From Staphylococcus phage AH12, in the sequence record OR455461.1: a DNA stretch of 64,000 nucleotides; one strand, written 5' to 3'. Of this stretch, positions 1 to 10,627 are shown in pieces; position 1 is the first letter of the stretch; the number at the start of each line of letters is the position of its first letter. The notes beneath the pieces are model-generated. The model saw nothing but the letters and a program-made list of their open reading frames with translations. It did no database searches and was not told where the DNA came from. The position numbers and the translations under genes are program-made.

Positions 1-64
1 ATCTCTCCTCAGAATTCAATTATTATAATATTTTATTCTTTGGAAAATATAAAAAATTAATATC

Positions 65-826
65 TTATTTTGCTTTAATACCATCATTTTCACGCAATTT
101 TCCTATGAGATTAATAAATTCATTATAATTTTTATCTACTACTTTTATATAATTGTATCCTGAATTTTTAGCAACTTCATCTTTTTTCTTTTCTTTAATT
201 TCATCACGTTTTTGATAATGATTATTTTTACCTTTAATTTCTACTAATAAATTAAAATCAGGCATGTAAAAATCAGGCATGTAAAAATGTTCTTTATTAG
301 CAAATTTATAAGGTAATGCTATATTTGATGGTGATAGTACGTTATTTGATCTAAGATCCATTTGCGTATCTAAGAAGTTAAGGAAATCTTTTTCATAAGA
401 TCCTACATATTGAGTAGGCAATCCTTTGCCAGAACTCCAATGATATTTACCTGAAATTCTTCTATTTTCTAACATTTTATTTTGCATATCTGGATCATTC
501 AGTAAAGTTGTTTTACCGTATTTTTTATTCATTCTATCTTTAAATTGTTGTCTATATTTATCTTTACATATTTTATCGTGTACACGCTCATACTTTTCAG
601 TCTGTTCATTAAATTTAGTTGGTTTTCCACATATAATACATGCACCATGAGTTTTTTTATTTCTATAATTAAAATATACATTTGCTGGAGATAAATCACC
701 CAATTCTAAAGGATGTGTTTTTTCCATATGGTTATATAAACCACTTTTGTTAATATACTTTTTATTACAGAAAGGACATTTATGATATTTTGTTGCCATT
801 ATTAAATTCACCGTTCTTTCTCTCAT
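65..826 (-). CDS. putative homing-endonuclease-like protein: N-terminal C2H2 zinc finger, KYG..P.M.N motif, C-terminal Vsr/DUF559-like 'LLVEIKGKNNH' nuclease motif
   Basis: The ORF encodes 253 aa. The N-terminus carries 'HKCPFCNKKY...HMEKTH'. The C-terminus carries 'NLLVEIKGKNNHYQ', paralogous to 'IAIECNGAYWH' (30119-31366) and 'LAIEVNGVKYH' (26707-28965). Confidence 0.45.
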   Translation of the reverse strand: MRERTVNLIMATKYHKCPFCNKKYINKSGLYNHMEKTHPLELGDLSPANVYFNYRNKKTHGACIICGKPTKFNEQTEKYERVHDKICKDKYRQQFKDRMNKKYGKTTLLNDPDMQNKMLENRRISGKYHWSSGKGLPTQYVGSYEKDFLNFLDTQMDLRSNNVLSPSNIALPYKFANKEHFYMPDFYMPDFNLLVEIKGKNNHYQKRDEIKEKKKDEVAKNSGYNYIKVVDKNYNEFINLIGKLRENDGIKAK

Positions 827-920
827 TATTTATAAGATGTTGTTTCTATCGTTTATACATAAAAAATTAAGGATATATTATTTTATATAATATAATATTA
901 TATAGTATAAATATTGAAAG

Positions 921-1373
921 TTGGTGAATTATATCGCTAAAGATACAAAACATTTTAGAAAAGAAATATTTATGGCCCAAAATGTATATAACCGTCAAAT
1001 GATGTTAGATGACATGGAAGCCATGGGACAGACGATACAGAATTTAATCATTATGAAACCTGGTACATATCCAAACACTCCTGGTTTAGGAGTTGGTATT
1101 GAAGATTATTTATTTGAAATTTTAGATAATGATACAATTATGGATATAAGTGCCAATATAAATAATCAAATAACAAGATATATAGTTTCTCAGTCAGTAA
1201 ATGTTGAAGTAAGAATAAGTAAATTGGAAAATAGTAATGCAAATATAAATAGTTTAAAAATAGATGTTAATTTATCTGATGTGTTAGATATAAATAACCA
1301 ACAACTATTTTCATTTGTATTCGCTTCAAATAATTTAACTAAGAAAATGATAACTAAATTAGTACTTGCTTAA
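921..1373 (+). CDS. baseplate wedge protein, gp25/GPW-like
   Basis: The motif 'KPGTYPNTPGLGVGIEDYLFEILD' fits the GPW/gp25 signature (PGE.p..P.fGs.l..llFe). The protein is about 130-150 aa, and the true start is probably the ATG at about 973. Confidence 0.5.
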   Translation: MVNYIAKDTKHFRKEIFMAQNVYNRQMMLDDMEAMGQTIQNLIIMKPGTYPNTPGLGVGIEDYLFEILDNDTIMDISANINNQITRYIVSQSVNVEVRISKLENSNANINSLKIDVNLSDVLDINNQQLFSFVFASNNLTKKMITKLVLA

Positions 1374-1410
1374 ATATAAAATTAAAAGAAAAGAATGGAG
1401 AATATTATAA

Positions 1411-2862
1411 ATGGTAAGAAAAGCAGACAATAATGAACTTGATAACTTCATGTCAGAAGAGGAATTAAAAGAATTAGGCGTAGAAGCTGATAAAAAACAA
1501 GAAGAAACAAATAATAATCAAAATAAATCACAAAATAATCGAAATAAAAATAATAATAGAAATAGTAATAAAAATAAACGTAAGAAAAATAATAATCAAA
1601 ATAAATCGGCTATTCCGACTCAAAGAAATAAGAATAATCAAAAACAAGATGAAGAAGCTAAAACTGATCATATTGATTTTTCTCAACCAGAACCAGCTCA
1701 AAATTATAAAGACTATGATCATTTAACTCAAAAAGACGAAGAACCTAAATTATCTTCTCCAGCAGAAGATACTGAGTCTATGACTTTAGATCAATTTGAA
1801 AGTCATCAACAAGATCTTAATAAACATCAACAAAAAGTTCAAAAAGAAATTGAAGAACTTTCTAAAATTGATTCTAATGAAAGAAATAATATTTTAAGTA
1901 ATATTAATGTAGATTTAAATAATATTGAAATTATTTCAGATATTGACTATGATGTTAATAAAGAAAATACTAATTTTGTATTAAATAGTAAAGCTACTCA
2001 TCAAGTAGTATTATCTCAATCAGCTTATATTGCTCATATGGAAAGTTTACGTAACCAAGAAATTCTTTCTATTGCAGAATCTATTGATGATGATTATAAT
2101 TCAGTTTTAAAAAGATATCAATTATACTTCCATAAAGTTAATACAAATTCATTAGGAATTAAAAACTTCTCAGATTTTGCTAAGTTAACTTCTGTATATG
2201 ATGTTAGTACTTTAGAATACGGATTATATAATATCTCTTTCCCTGGTGAGACTAAGTTTGATATTAAATGTGGTAGTTGTAAAGAAGAACTTAAAGACGT
2301 TAAAATCTCTAACGATCAATTAATGTCATTTAAAGATGAAGAAGCTTATGAACATGTAACTAAAAATGTTCATAACATTACAACTAAAGAACAAAATGAA
2401 AAGCATTCACTAATTTCTAAAACTGAAAGAATCATGTTAAACGACTCTAAGATTATATTTGATATTATTACACCTACTATTGATAAACATTTAACTGTAT
2501 TAGCAAGTATTCATACAGATGGATTGAGTCCAGAAGAAGCAGATAGATTTAAAAATAACTCAACTGCTTTAATGCATGTTAAAAATGTATACGTACCAGA
2601 TCTAAAATCTCTTAAAGAAGATGGAAAACCTAAATTCCAAAAAATTCCTGAAGAATCACTTCAAGAAATTATGACAATTATTGAGAACTTATCTGTACGT
2701 GATGGGCATCAATTAACTGATAAGATATATGATTCTGTAGGTAAAAATGCTATAGAATATGCAATTAATGGAGCTAAATGTCCTAATTGTGGAAATGATC
2801 TTGGAAAAATTGATATCGATATGACAGAAGTACTTTTCAAGGAAGCTCTTCATTTGGTTTAA
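1411..2862 (+). CDS. hypothetical protein with N/K-rich low-complexity N-terminus and C-terminal Cys pairs (zinc-ribbon-like)
   Basis: The long ORF has an RBS-like 'ggagaat' upstream. It contains 'CGSCKEEL' and 'CPNCGND' Cys pairs. Confidence 0.5.
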   Translation: MVRKADNNELDNFMSEEELKELGVEADKKQEETNNNQNKSQNNRNKNNNRNSNKNKRKKNNNQNKSAIPTQRNKNNQKQDEEAKTDHIDFSQPEPAQNYKDYDHLTQKDEEPKLSSPAEDTESMTLDQFESHQQDLNKHQQKVQKEIEELSKIDSNERNNILSNINVDLNNIEIISDIDYDVNKENTNFVLNSKATHQVVLSQSAYIAHMESLRNQEILSIAESIDDDYNSVLKRYQLYFHKVNTNSLGIKNFSDFAKLTSVYDVSTLEYGLYNISFPGETKFDIKCGSCKEELKDVKISNDQLMSFKDEEAYEHVTKNVHNITTKEQNEKHSLISKTERIMLNDSKIIFDIITPTIDKHLTVLASIHTDGLSPEEADRFKNNSTALMHVKNVYVPDLKSLKEDGKPKFQKIPEESLQEIMTIIENLSVRDGHQLTDKIYDSVGKNAIEYAINGAKCPNCGNDLGKIDIDMTEVLFKEALHLV

Positions 2863-3151
2863 TCAATACTGTCGATAGTAAGCAATATAAGAAAAAAGTA
2901 TATGAAGATGCCGCTTATCTTGCTTATCTATTGGACCTCTTTGAAGGGCGTTTAAGTTTTAATGAAATACTTACTATGGATTTGAATATACTTAATTCAA
3001 TGACAAAAGCTAAAGAAAAAGAAATGAAAAATAAACGATTACAGCAGAAAAAGGTTGAATCTGCTACTAGAAAAGATTTTGATAATGGTATGCCTAAGTT
3101 GGATTTACCTAGACATCTTAATAGTTAATAAAGAAAGGATGGATTTTCCAG

Positions 3152-3445
3152 ATGGTTCTTAGTACAAAAGAAAGTCAGAAAATCCTTCATATTTATGATT
3201 CACTAGTTGATAATGATGAAAATCTTTTATCATCTTTATGTCATTCAAATAAAGGTTTACTTTTTGTAGACCTTTTATATGACATAGATTATAAAATTAA
3301 AGAAGGGTTTTCTAAAGATAATAATGAATTTAATTACATTATATTAGAAACTGAAGAAAAAGAAAAATTAAAAGAAAAAGCTCTTTATAAAAAAAATTTA
3401 AAAATTGAAGACAACAAGGATTCTATAAGAATTTCAGTAGTATAA
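3152..3445 (+). CDS. hypothetical small protein
   Basis: The ORF has an RBS 'aaggatgg' upstream and runs co-directionally with its neighbours. Confidence 0.35.
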   Translation: MVLSTKESQKILHIYDSLVDNDENLLSSLCHSNKGLLFVDLLYDIDYKIKEGFSKDNNEFNYIILETEEKEKLKEKALYKKNLKIEDNKDSIRISVV

Positions 3446-3462
3446 AGGAGAGAATTGCTTAA

Positions 3463-5220
3463 ATGAGTGAACATAAGAAAAATAAAAAGTTGGTATCAAA
3501 TATAGTAGATGAAGATTCATACAAAGAAATAGCTGAATTAACAATTGATACTATTTCTGGAACATTAATGAAATCATTAGGTTATTATGGTTCTACTACA
3601 ATATTTGATGACGGTATTAGTAGATTTGTAACTAAAGACGGATATAATATTTTAAAGAATATTAGATTTCAAGACACTATTGCTGCAGCAATATTAAACT
3701 TCATTAAAGAAGTTTCATTATCACTAGTTAAAACTGTAGGTGATGGATCTACTTCTTCAGTAATTAATTCTCAAGCTATGTTTAAAGAAATTAATGCTAG
3801 ATTAAAAGAAAAAGATGATTTAGGTGGATTTTCTCGTAAAGAAATTTCAGATTCATTAAATAACATGAAAGATTTAATTACAGAAGGTTTAAAAGATAAA
3901 TCTATAGAAATTAATGAAGATAATTTCTATAAATTAAAAAATATTGCTACAGTATCAAATAATAATGATGAAAAATTAGGTGAAATGGTTTACGAAATTT
4001 TTTCTCAAATAGGTAAAAATGGTTTTATCACACCTGAAATTTCAGACAATGAAGAAGATTACTACTCATTAACTAAAGGTATTGAGAAAAATAATGCTCT
4101 ATTAGATAATAAATTAATTAATGATAAAGAAAATCATTCAGTTGATTTTAATAAACCTCATGTAGTAGTAGTTAATGATAAACTAAAAGAAGAAGACATT
4201 AAATGGTGTAGTGAGATTGTTACTTCATTACAACCTTTCTCTAGTAAAGGTTTAGTATTTGTTGCACCTAGCTTTTCTAAAGAGTTTATTAGTTGGGTAA
4301 AAGTATTATTAAATGCTAACCGTAATAATGGAGGTTTAAAAGCAGCTGAAGCTGAATTTGAATTATCTGTAGCATCTTACAGTAAAGACCCTGAAGAATT
4401 AGAAGATCTTGCAATATATGTAGGTTCAAATGTTATTGATATGACAATAGATCCAGAAGATTTTAAAAAGAATATTGTTGATAAATTAGAGGATTCTAGA
4501 AGTAATCCATTAAATTGGATGGAATTCCAACAACAATATGTAGGGCGTACTGAAAGATTTGTAATTGATTCTTTTAAAACTCAAATCATTGAAGGTCATG
4601 GTAATAAAACTGAAACTGGTTCTAGAAGATTGAAAGATCGTATTGCAGAAATAAATAACGAAATTAGTTATTTTGCAGATATGAATTCAGAACAAGCTAT
4701 TGGAGAGATTACTACATTACAACGTAGAGCTAATTCTTTAAATAGTGCAATTGCTAAATTATATGTGGGTGGTTCTTCTCAAGCAGAAAAAATCTCTCGT
4801 AAATACTTAGTGGAAGATTCAGTGCATGCTTCTAAATCAGCATTGAAATTTGGTTATGTATCTGGAGGAAATCTATCAGTAAATAAAGTTATCAAAGATA
4901 TTGATACAGAAAAATTATCTGATTTAGATAGATTAGTCCTAGACTTAATTGATATTTCTTCTCGTGAAGTATATCACAAAGTATTAGAAAACTTTAATAG
5001 ATTTAAAAAACCTGAAATAGAATCTATGACTCAGACTTGTATTAGTAAAGATGCAATTTATAATATTAAAACTGCCGAATATGAAGATGATGTAGAAACT
5101 GATATTATAAACTCTGTAGAAACAGATATTAAAATATTAGAAACTACAATTAGTATCATTGGTTTAATTTCATTAAGTAACCAATTCTTAACTAATTCTT
5201 TAATTATTCCACAAGATTAA
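3463..5220 (+). CDS. GroEL/Cpn60-like chaperonin
   Basis: 'TKDGYNILKNIRFQD' and 'VGDGSTSSVINSQAMF' align to the GroEL 'TKDGVSVAREIELED' and 'AGDGTTTATVLAQAII' motifs. 'KLYVGGSSQAEKISRKYLVEDSVHASKSALKFGYVSGG' aligns to the GroEL equatorial '[39 protein letters not shown]'. An RBS 'aaaggagag' lies upstream. Confidence 0.75.
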   Translation: MSEHKKNKKLVSNIVDEDSYKEIAELTIDTISGTLMKSLGYYGSTTIFDDGISRFVTKDGYNILKNIRFQDTIAAAILNFIKEVSLSLVKTVGDGSTSSVINSQAMFKEINARLKEKDDLGGFSRKEISDSLNNMKDLITEGLKDKSIEINEDNFYKLKNIATVSNNNDEKLGEMVYEIFSQIGKNGFITPEISDNEEDYYSLTKGIEKNNALLDNKLINDKENHSVDFNKPHVVVVNDKLKEEDIKWCSEIVTSLQPFSSKGLVFVAPSFSKEFISWVKVLLNANRNNGGLKAAEAEFELSVASYSKDPEELEDLAIYVGSNVIDMTIDPEDFKKNIVDKLEDSRSNPLNWMEFQQQYVGRTERFVIDSFKTQIIEGHGNKTETGSRRLKDRIAEINNEISYFADMNSEQAIGEITTLQRRANSLNSAIAKLYVGGSSQAEKISRKYLVEDSVHASKSALKFGYVSGGNLSVNKVIKDIDTEKLSDLDRLVLDLIDISSREVYHKVLENFNRFKKPEIESMTQTCISKDAIYNIKTAEYEDDVETDIINSVETDIKILETTISIIGLISLSNQFLTNSLIIPQD

Positions 5221-5232
5221 AATTTAAACTCT

Positions 5233-5275
5233 ACCGAAACCATTATGAATTTAATTAATGGTTTCGGTTTATTTT
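5233..5275 (+). terminator. rho-independent terminator: hairpin CCGAAACCATTA/TAATGGTTTCGG followed by T-run
   Basis: The inverted repeat and following T-run lie immediately after the chaperonin stop codon. Confidence 0.6.
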
Positions 5276-5395
5276 TGCAAATCAATTAAAATTATATACA
5301 TTTTTAAAATTTTGATTTTTATTAAACTTTTATTTGCTTTTTTATAAAATTTTTGTTATAATTAAAAATGTAGTAGAAAACAAGGAGGAATTTTA

Positions 5396-6163
5396 TTGGT
5401 TAATATGACAGCTTCACAATTCCTTAAAAACCCTACAGGAAAAGGTTCAGCTACAGTAGCTAGACGTGATCGTATTATTTTAGATATGAGAACACGATTT
5501 TCTTATCTATATAAGAAAAATAAAAGAAATTTTAAATTAAAGATATTTCTTCATCAAGAAAACTATTATTTCTATTTTCAAATACCTTCAGAAGATTACT
5601 TCAAAGATGAATTACATTATGACGTAATCATAGAATTCAGACCACCTAATGAAAAAGCAGCTAAAACTAAAGATCTTAATAATTATTTAATAAGATTTAT
5701 AAGTAACTCTCCAAACTTTATGTTTACATATGGTTACTTATATAATAAAGATGATTTACTTATTAGTTGGCTGAGTTATAAATTAGGTAAAAAAGCTTTA
5801 ACTCAAGCTCCAGTTGTTAGAAACCCTAGACATGAATACGGATTTGAGAAATCAGTTTATTTTGCACTATTGTATTTAGAAACAAATCCTAAAGCATTAA
5901 AAAATCCTTTACATTTAACATTACCAAATAGACAAAGAATTAAGAAAACTTTTATGCCTTCAGATTTAAAGTTAAAAGAATACAATAGAATTAAAAAACA
6001 AAATACTCAAAAAGAAAAGAATAAAAATATTGTAACTAAGCAAATAAGTAATCAATTAGATAAAAGACGACAAGAACAGCAGAGGAAAACAAAACCAATC
6101 AATCGTAAATCCAAACCTATTGGAAAAGTTAAAAAGGTAAAGACTACCAAAAAGAGAAAATAA
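5396..6163 (+). CDS. hypothetical protein with a strongly basic C-terminal tail
   Basis: The 255-aa ORF has an RBS 'aaggagga'. The C-terminus is K/R-rich. Confidence 0.45.
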   Translation: MVNMTASQFLKNPTGKGSATVARRDRIILDMRTRFSYLYKKNKRNFKLKIFLHQENYYFYFQIPSEDYFKDELHYDVIIEFRPPNEKAAKTKDLNNYLIRFISNSPNFMFTYGYLYNKDDLLISWLSYKLGKKALTQAPVVRNPRHEYGFEKSVYFALLYLETNPKALKNPLHLTLPNRQRIKKTFMPSDLKLKEYNRIKKQNTQKEKNKNIVTKQISNQLDKRRQEQQRKTKPINRKSKPIGKVKKVKTTKKRK

Positions 6164-6253
6164 AGTTAAATATATATTATAAAAATGTATTTAATATAGT
6201 AATTTTAAATACGCTTATCATTTTATTAATTATCTAAGGAGAGTGTGTCTTAA

Positions 6254-7999
6254 TTGGAAAACAATAAAGTCGTAGAGAGAGAAGCTTTAAGAGAAGAAGA
6301 TTTAAATTTGAATGAAATAGAAGAAAAGGTAGAAGAAAAGAAAGAAATACCTTTGTTATCTAGTAATGTTTTTAAATTAAAACCGGTTAAAGGTAATTTT
6401 GAGTTTACAAATAAGTATATTAATTCAATAGACTTAGAAACTTATGAGAAAGAAGTAACTCAGAAAAATGGTAATAAGAAGATTGAAACTAAAATCATTC
6501 AGCGAGATGATATTGAAGAATTAATAAAATTTGTTGATGATACTAATGATACATTATTCATTAATGTACATAAGATATTAAACAAACCTAATTTGAATAC
6601 TGATTATGTTAATGACATATTTACAATCCAAATCAAACAACGTTCTTATAAGAGTATATTAGAGTACATTGTCAATGACATGAATTTTATATTTAATGAA
6701 ATACCACATATCATATTAAAATGTGCTAATATTTGTCAAAAAATATTTAGTAAAAAAGATGAATATAGTGAAGAAGAATTCTTCCAAGATATTCAAGATT
6801 TAATTGAAGATGAAGATTTAAGAAATGTTGTTTGTACTATCGTTAATGATAATTATTCCATTGATTTAGATAAGACAAATGCTGAAGCAATGTTACAAAG
6901 TAAAAAAATCATTAAAAAAGATTTACAAGTTACAGACCAAGTCAATAAGTCATTTTTATCAACTGCATTATTGCAAAGATTTATTATACCTTTTATTAAT
7001 CAGTATTATGTACTTACTAATAAATATCATTGTAAGAATACAGATGAAGATAAAGAGAGAACTAAGAATGGATATTTTAAAGCATTTAATTATTGTATGT
7101 GTATTACATCTTTAGATTATAATGTAGCTAATAATAATAAACTTTATAAGATAGTAGAACCTAAAGTAATTAAAACAAAATATAATGACAGAGTTATGTG
7201 GAAGTTTTTAGATTTACGTTCTATAGATCCAGATACAGTAATCAATAAAATAATGGATAAGATTATAAGACAAATAGTATGTAAATTATTAGTTGATACT
7301 TCTGCAGTATCTTATTTCACTTCTGTTATCAAATTCTCAATAGATTATGAATTCCAATTCAAATATCCTATTAAGTTCAGATCAATTAAATTAACTACAG
7401 ATGATGACGATGATGAAGATGGTTTTGATAAATTCCAAATGAATAATTTCTTTAAGCAAAATGAAAGATTAGATATTGCTAATAAAATAACTATTGATCG
7501 TTATATCACTGAAAAATTAAAAGAATTAAATATCAGTGAAGAATATATTAAGCATTTATATGACAAATTTGATTATATAAATGATTTACAATCTCATTTA
7601 ATTAAAGTTTATTTTGCTGAGCATTTTGATGTTAATACAAATGATAGAAAGAGCATTGTATCATTATTAGCAATTATGTCTAAAGAATTAATTGAAAATA
7701 ATATGGATACTTTAGGTAAGATAGTTGCTTCAAAAGTAGTTTCTGGAACTAAAGCTAAGAATGTGGGTAAATTATCATTAGATGTTATTGCAGATAAATA
7801 CTATGTATCTGCTTGGGATAAATATAAATTTATTAATGATATTACTGAAAAAGATAATTTCATATTAAGAATTGCATTAGTTAATGGTTACAAGTTTAGT
7901 TATACTCCTGAAGATTTAAATTCTGAAGAAGAAGTAATTGCTGATATTGATAAAAAATATTTCATTTCTGAAGTATCACAATTTATATCAAATTATTAA
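6254..7999 (+). CDS. hypothetical protein
   Basis: The 581-aa ORF has an RBS 'aaggagag' and a TTG start. Confidence 0.5.
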   Translation: MENNKVVEREALREEDLNLNEIEEKVEEKKEIPLLSSNVFKLKPVKGNFEFTNKYINSIDLETYEKEVTQKNGNKKIETKIIQRDDIEELIKFVDDTNDTLFINVHKILNKPNLNTDYVNDIFTIQIKQRSYKSILEYIVNDMNFIFNEIPHIILKCANICQKIFSKKDEYSEEEFFQDIQDLIEDEDLRNVVCTIVNDNYSIDLDKTNAEAMLQSKKIIKKDLQVTDQVNKSFLSTALLQRFIIPFINQYYVLTNKYHCKNTDEDKERTKNGYFKAFNYCMCITSLDYNVANNNKLYKIVEPKVIKTKYNDRVMWKFLDLRSIDPDTVINKIMDKIIRQIVCKLLVDTSAVSYFTSVIKFSIDYEFQFKYPIKFRSIKLTTDDDDDEDGFDKFQMNNFFKQNERLDIANKITIDRYITEKLKELNISEEYIKHLYDKFDYINDLQSHLIKVYFAEHFDVNTNDRKSIVSLLAIMSKELIENNMDTLGKIVASKVVSGTKAKNVGKLSLDVIADKYYVSAWDKYKFINDITEKDNFILRIALVNGYKFSYTPEDLNSEEEVIADIDKKYFISEVSQFISNY

Positions 8000-8016
8000 A
8001 AAAAAAATAATTTTAA

Positions 8017-8048
8017 ATCCCATACACTCAATTATAGAGTGTATGGGA
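8017..8048. terminator. bidirectional hairpin terminator (CCCATACACTC/GAGTGTATGGG) flanked by A-run and T-run
   Basis: The perfect inverted repeat sits between convergent genes and has poly-A on the 5' side and poly-T on the 3' side. Confidence 0.6.
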
Positions 8049-8064
8049 TATTTTTGTTTTTTTT

Positions 8065-9207
8065 TTAGTTTCTGTTAATTTCTCCTTCAAATAAATAATC
8101 TATATTTATAAATGAATTTATAAATAATTCATCATTAAGTCTTTTTATTTCTAAGGGATCATTAAAATCTATTATTTGAGAAGATAAAATATTTTGTATC
8201 TTACTCCCATCAATTTCATCAACAATGTGTTTTTGATCAAATAACTTAAAGCGTTTGATTAACTCTTCTAATTTTTCTTCTTTTAAATAATCTTTAAAAG
8301 TATCTCTTAAAAGTGTCTCATTATTATATTCTTTTAAAGGAGATAATTTTGTATCTTCTATCATTCTATCTAATAGTTTAATTGTAGTTACTGGACCATA
8401 TCCAGATATAGATTTGTATTCTTGATCTTTATGATCTGAAAATAAGTTAAAAATATCTATGATACCAGAATCAATATTCATAAAATCATTAATATCTTTC
8501 TTTGTACTGGAACTGAATATTTCCCCTTTTATATTTTCTTTAGATATAACCTTGCTCTTTTCAGACCCTCGTAATTCTAAAAGTAATAGTCTATCTTTAT
8601 AATCTAATAATTGTCTATATATTTTATCATTACTTACAATTAAAGAATAATCATTTTCATTATCTATAGTTGTTTTTTCCATAATATAATAAGGTAATAT
8701 AGTAGGTTCTATTTTATAAGTATCAATATAATATGCATTAGGTATATACTTTACGATTGTTTTAACTAATTCTAATGTTATTGATATAGTCTTATTTATA
8801 TCTCTATAAGTTATATTATCTTCATTCATTTTCTTGTAGTATTCTTTTTTATAATCAGGATCAAATGAAGTGTGATATATTGATTCTTTATCTGAATAGA
8901 ATAAAAAGAATCTAGAATGCATATTTAATCTACTTGCAAAGAAATGTCTATAATGTCCTATAATATTTACTAATTCAACAACTAAATTTAATCTATTTTT
9001 AGTTTTTAAATGAGTAAAATTCTCTGAAACTTGAGGAGAATATAATTGCTTAATAACATTATTAATGTCTATATAAATGGTTACATTGTTGTTATTAGTA
9101 TTTCCTCTAAATCTTCCTCCTTCTATATAAGGTCTAACCAATTCTGTCATTTTATTGTAATTTAATTTTTTAGAATTTATTATTCTTTCAATTATTTCTA
9201 CATCCAT
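8065..9207 (-). CDS. possible 5'-3' flap endonuclease / RNase H-like nuclease (FEN family); otherwise hypothetical
   Basis: 'SISGYGPVTTIKLLD' resembles the FEN H3TH motif (GvpGIGekTAakLL). An N-terminal 'VTIYIDINNV' block is also present. The similarity is weak. Confidence 0.3.
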   Translation of the reverse strand: MDVEIIERIINSKKLNYNKMTELVRPYIEGGRFRGNTNNNNVTIYIDINNVIKQLYSPQVSENFTHLKTKNRLNLVVELVNIIGHYRHFFASRLNMHSRFFLFYSDKESIYHTSFDPDYKKEYYKKMNEDNITYRDINKTISITLELVKTIVKYIPNAYYIDTYKIEPTILPYYIMEKTTIDNENDYSLIVSNDKIYRQLLDYKDRLLLLELRGSEKSKVISKENIKGEIFSSSTKKDINDFMNIDSGIIDIFNLFSDHKDQEYKSISGYGPVTTIKLLDRMIEDTKLSPLKEYNNETLLRDTFKDYLKEEKLEELIKRFKLFDQKHIVDEIDGSKIQNILSSQIIDFNDPLEIKRLNDELFINSFINIDYLFEGEINRN

Positions 9208-9307
9208 TGATTATCTACATCCTTTCAGTATTATAATATATAATTAATTATTCATTTGTAAATTTATAAAAATCCATGTATAGCAATAACATCATTTTAT
9301 TAATGAT

Positions 9308-10600
9308 ATGAAGAAGAAAGTCGGTGAAAAAGAGTTGATAGAAAGTTTAGTAAGTAAGAAATTGTTTAATATAAAACTTATAGCATTATATTCTGATGGA
9401 ACAACAGAAGATATTTCTCAGTATGTTAAACGTTCTAGAATTGAAATGAACTTCCAAGAGTACATTATGCCTTATTATAGATTTATATTAAGACCTCCTA
9501 AAGAGACTATTATAAAAATAAATACAGATAGAGAAAAAGTTGTATTTTCATTTAGTTCTAATATGACAACTAATGATACAGAAGATGTTAAATTAGATGT
9601 TCCTTTTCATGAAGAAATAATTTTAAAACCCTTAATGGATTTAAATAATATTATTGATTATGATGATAGAATTACTAAAGATGATAATGATCGTAAAAAT
9701 CTATTTGATAGATATGAAATGGTTGCAATATCAGAAGAAATATTAAAAACAAATAAACCTATAGTATCTGGTATATACAATAATTGTACTGTAAGTGAAG
9801 TAGTTACTGATTTATTATCTCAATTTAATAATAGGGATATATATTTTCATGAAGTTGATAATAATAGAATATATGAACAGATAATGTTATTACCTGCAAA
9901 TATATATGATAATCTTAAATTCATAGATGACGTTTATGGAATATATGACAGAGAGATAAAATTATTTAATCATCATACAGGTTTAAATATATTACCTATG
10001 TCAGGATTTGATCCTAATACAATTGGTAAAGTTAAAATACAAGTTAGGTTTCCATCAAATCAAACTGATGAAGAAATAATAGAAGGTAGTTACGAACAGA
10101 TAAATCAATTAGATGATACTATAAGAAATAAAAACATAATAACTAAAATTAATAATGTTAGTTTAGTGGATAATACAAGATTATTTAATGAACTAGTTGG
10201 ATCTGAAATAAATCTGTTTGGAATAGATAATGAAAATGAAGGAACAAAATTATCTACATACAGAAGAAAAATAGAAGATCGTAATGGAGAAGTTAATAAA
10301 GTTAAAGTATATGATGATATATTTGATAACGATTACAGTTTAAAGAAAGAATTCAATAATAGTAAAGATATAATATTAAGAATGCAATTAAATGATGTAG
10401 ACCTAACATTAGAAGATACATTTAAACAATTTGACATAGAATTCTTTAATGATTACTATAAACATTATAATGGAATATATGAACTTCTTGGAGTTAATCA
10501 AGAGTTTAAAAATGCTAGTAAAGCATTAGTTTTAAGTAGCTTTATAACTTTAAGAAAAGTATCAGATCATTCTTTTACAAAAAATAATCCCAATACCTAA
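9308..10600 (+). CDS. hypothetical protein
   Basis: The 430-aa ORF is followed by a terminator hairpin at about 10596-10626. Confidence 0.45.
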   Translation: MKKKVGEKELIESLVSKKLFNIKLIALYSDGTTEDISQYVKRSRIEMNFQEYIMPYYRFILRPPKETIIKINTDREKVVFSFSSNMTTNDTEDVKLDVPFHEEIILKPLMDLNNIIDYDDRITKDDNDRKNLFDRYEMVAISEEILKTNKPIVSGIYNNCTVSEVVTDLLSQFNNRDIYFHEVDNNRIYEQIMLLPANIYDNLKFIDDVYGIYDREIKLFNHHTGLNILPMSGFDPNTIGKVKIQVRFPSNQTDEEIIEGSYEQINQLDDTIRNKNIITKINNVSLVDNTRLFNELVGSEINLFGIDNENEGTKLSTYRRKIEDRNGEVNKVKVYDDIFDNDYSLKKEFNNSKDIILRMQLNDVDLTLEDTFKQFDIEFFNDYYKHYNGIYELLGVNQEFKNASKALVLSSFITLRKVSDHSFTKNNPNT

Positions 10601-10626
10601 TTTTAATTAAAGGTATTGGGATTTAA
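10596..10626. terminator. hairpin terminator of the CCCAATACCTA...TAGGTATTGGG family
   Basis: The inverted repeat 'cccaatacctaattttaattaaaggtattggg' lies between convergent genes. Confidence 0.6.
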
Positions 10627-10627
10627 A

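Noticed and set aside
256-290. 15-bp tandem duplication AATCAGGCATGTAAA x2
   Set aside because: It simply encodes the duplicated peptide FYMPD-FYMPD within ORF 65-826. It is a micro-duplication, not a regulatory repeat or CRISPR array.
1528-1722. 64-aa minus-strand ORF inside gene 1411-2862
   Set aside because: It is the antisense of an N/K-rich low-complexity coding region. Its hydrophobic I/L/F composition is the typical artefact of reading AAT/AAA-rich sense codons in reverse.
6879-7115. 78-aa same-strand alternate-frame ORF inside 6254-7999
   Set aside because: It is fully nested in a long, well-supported ORF, has no RBS and has a low-complexity composition.
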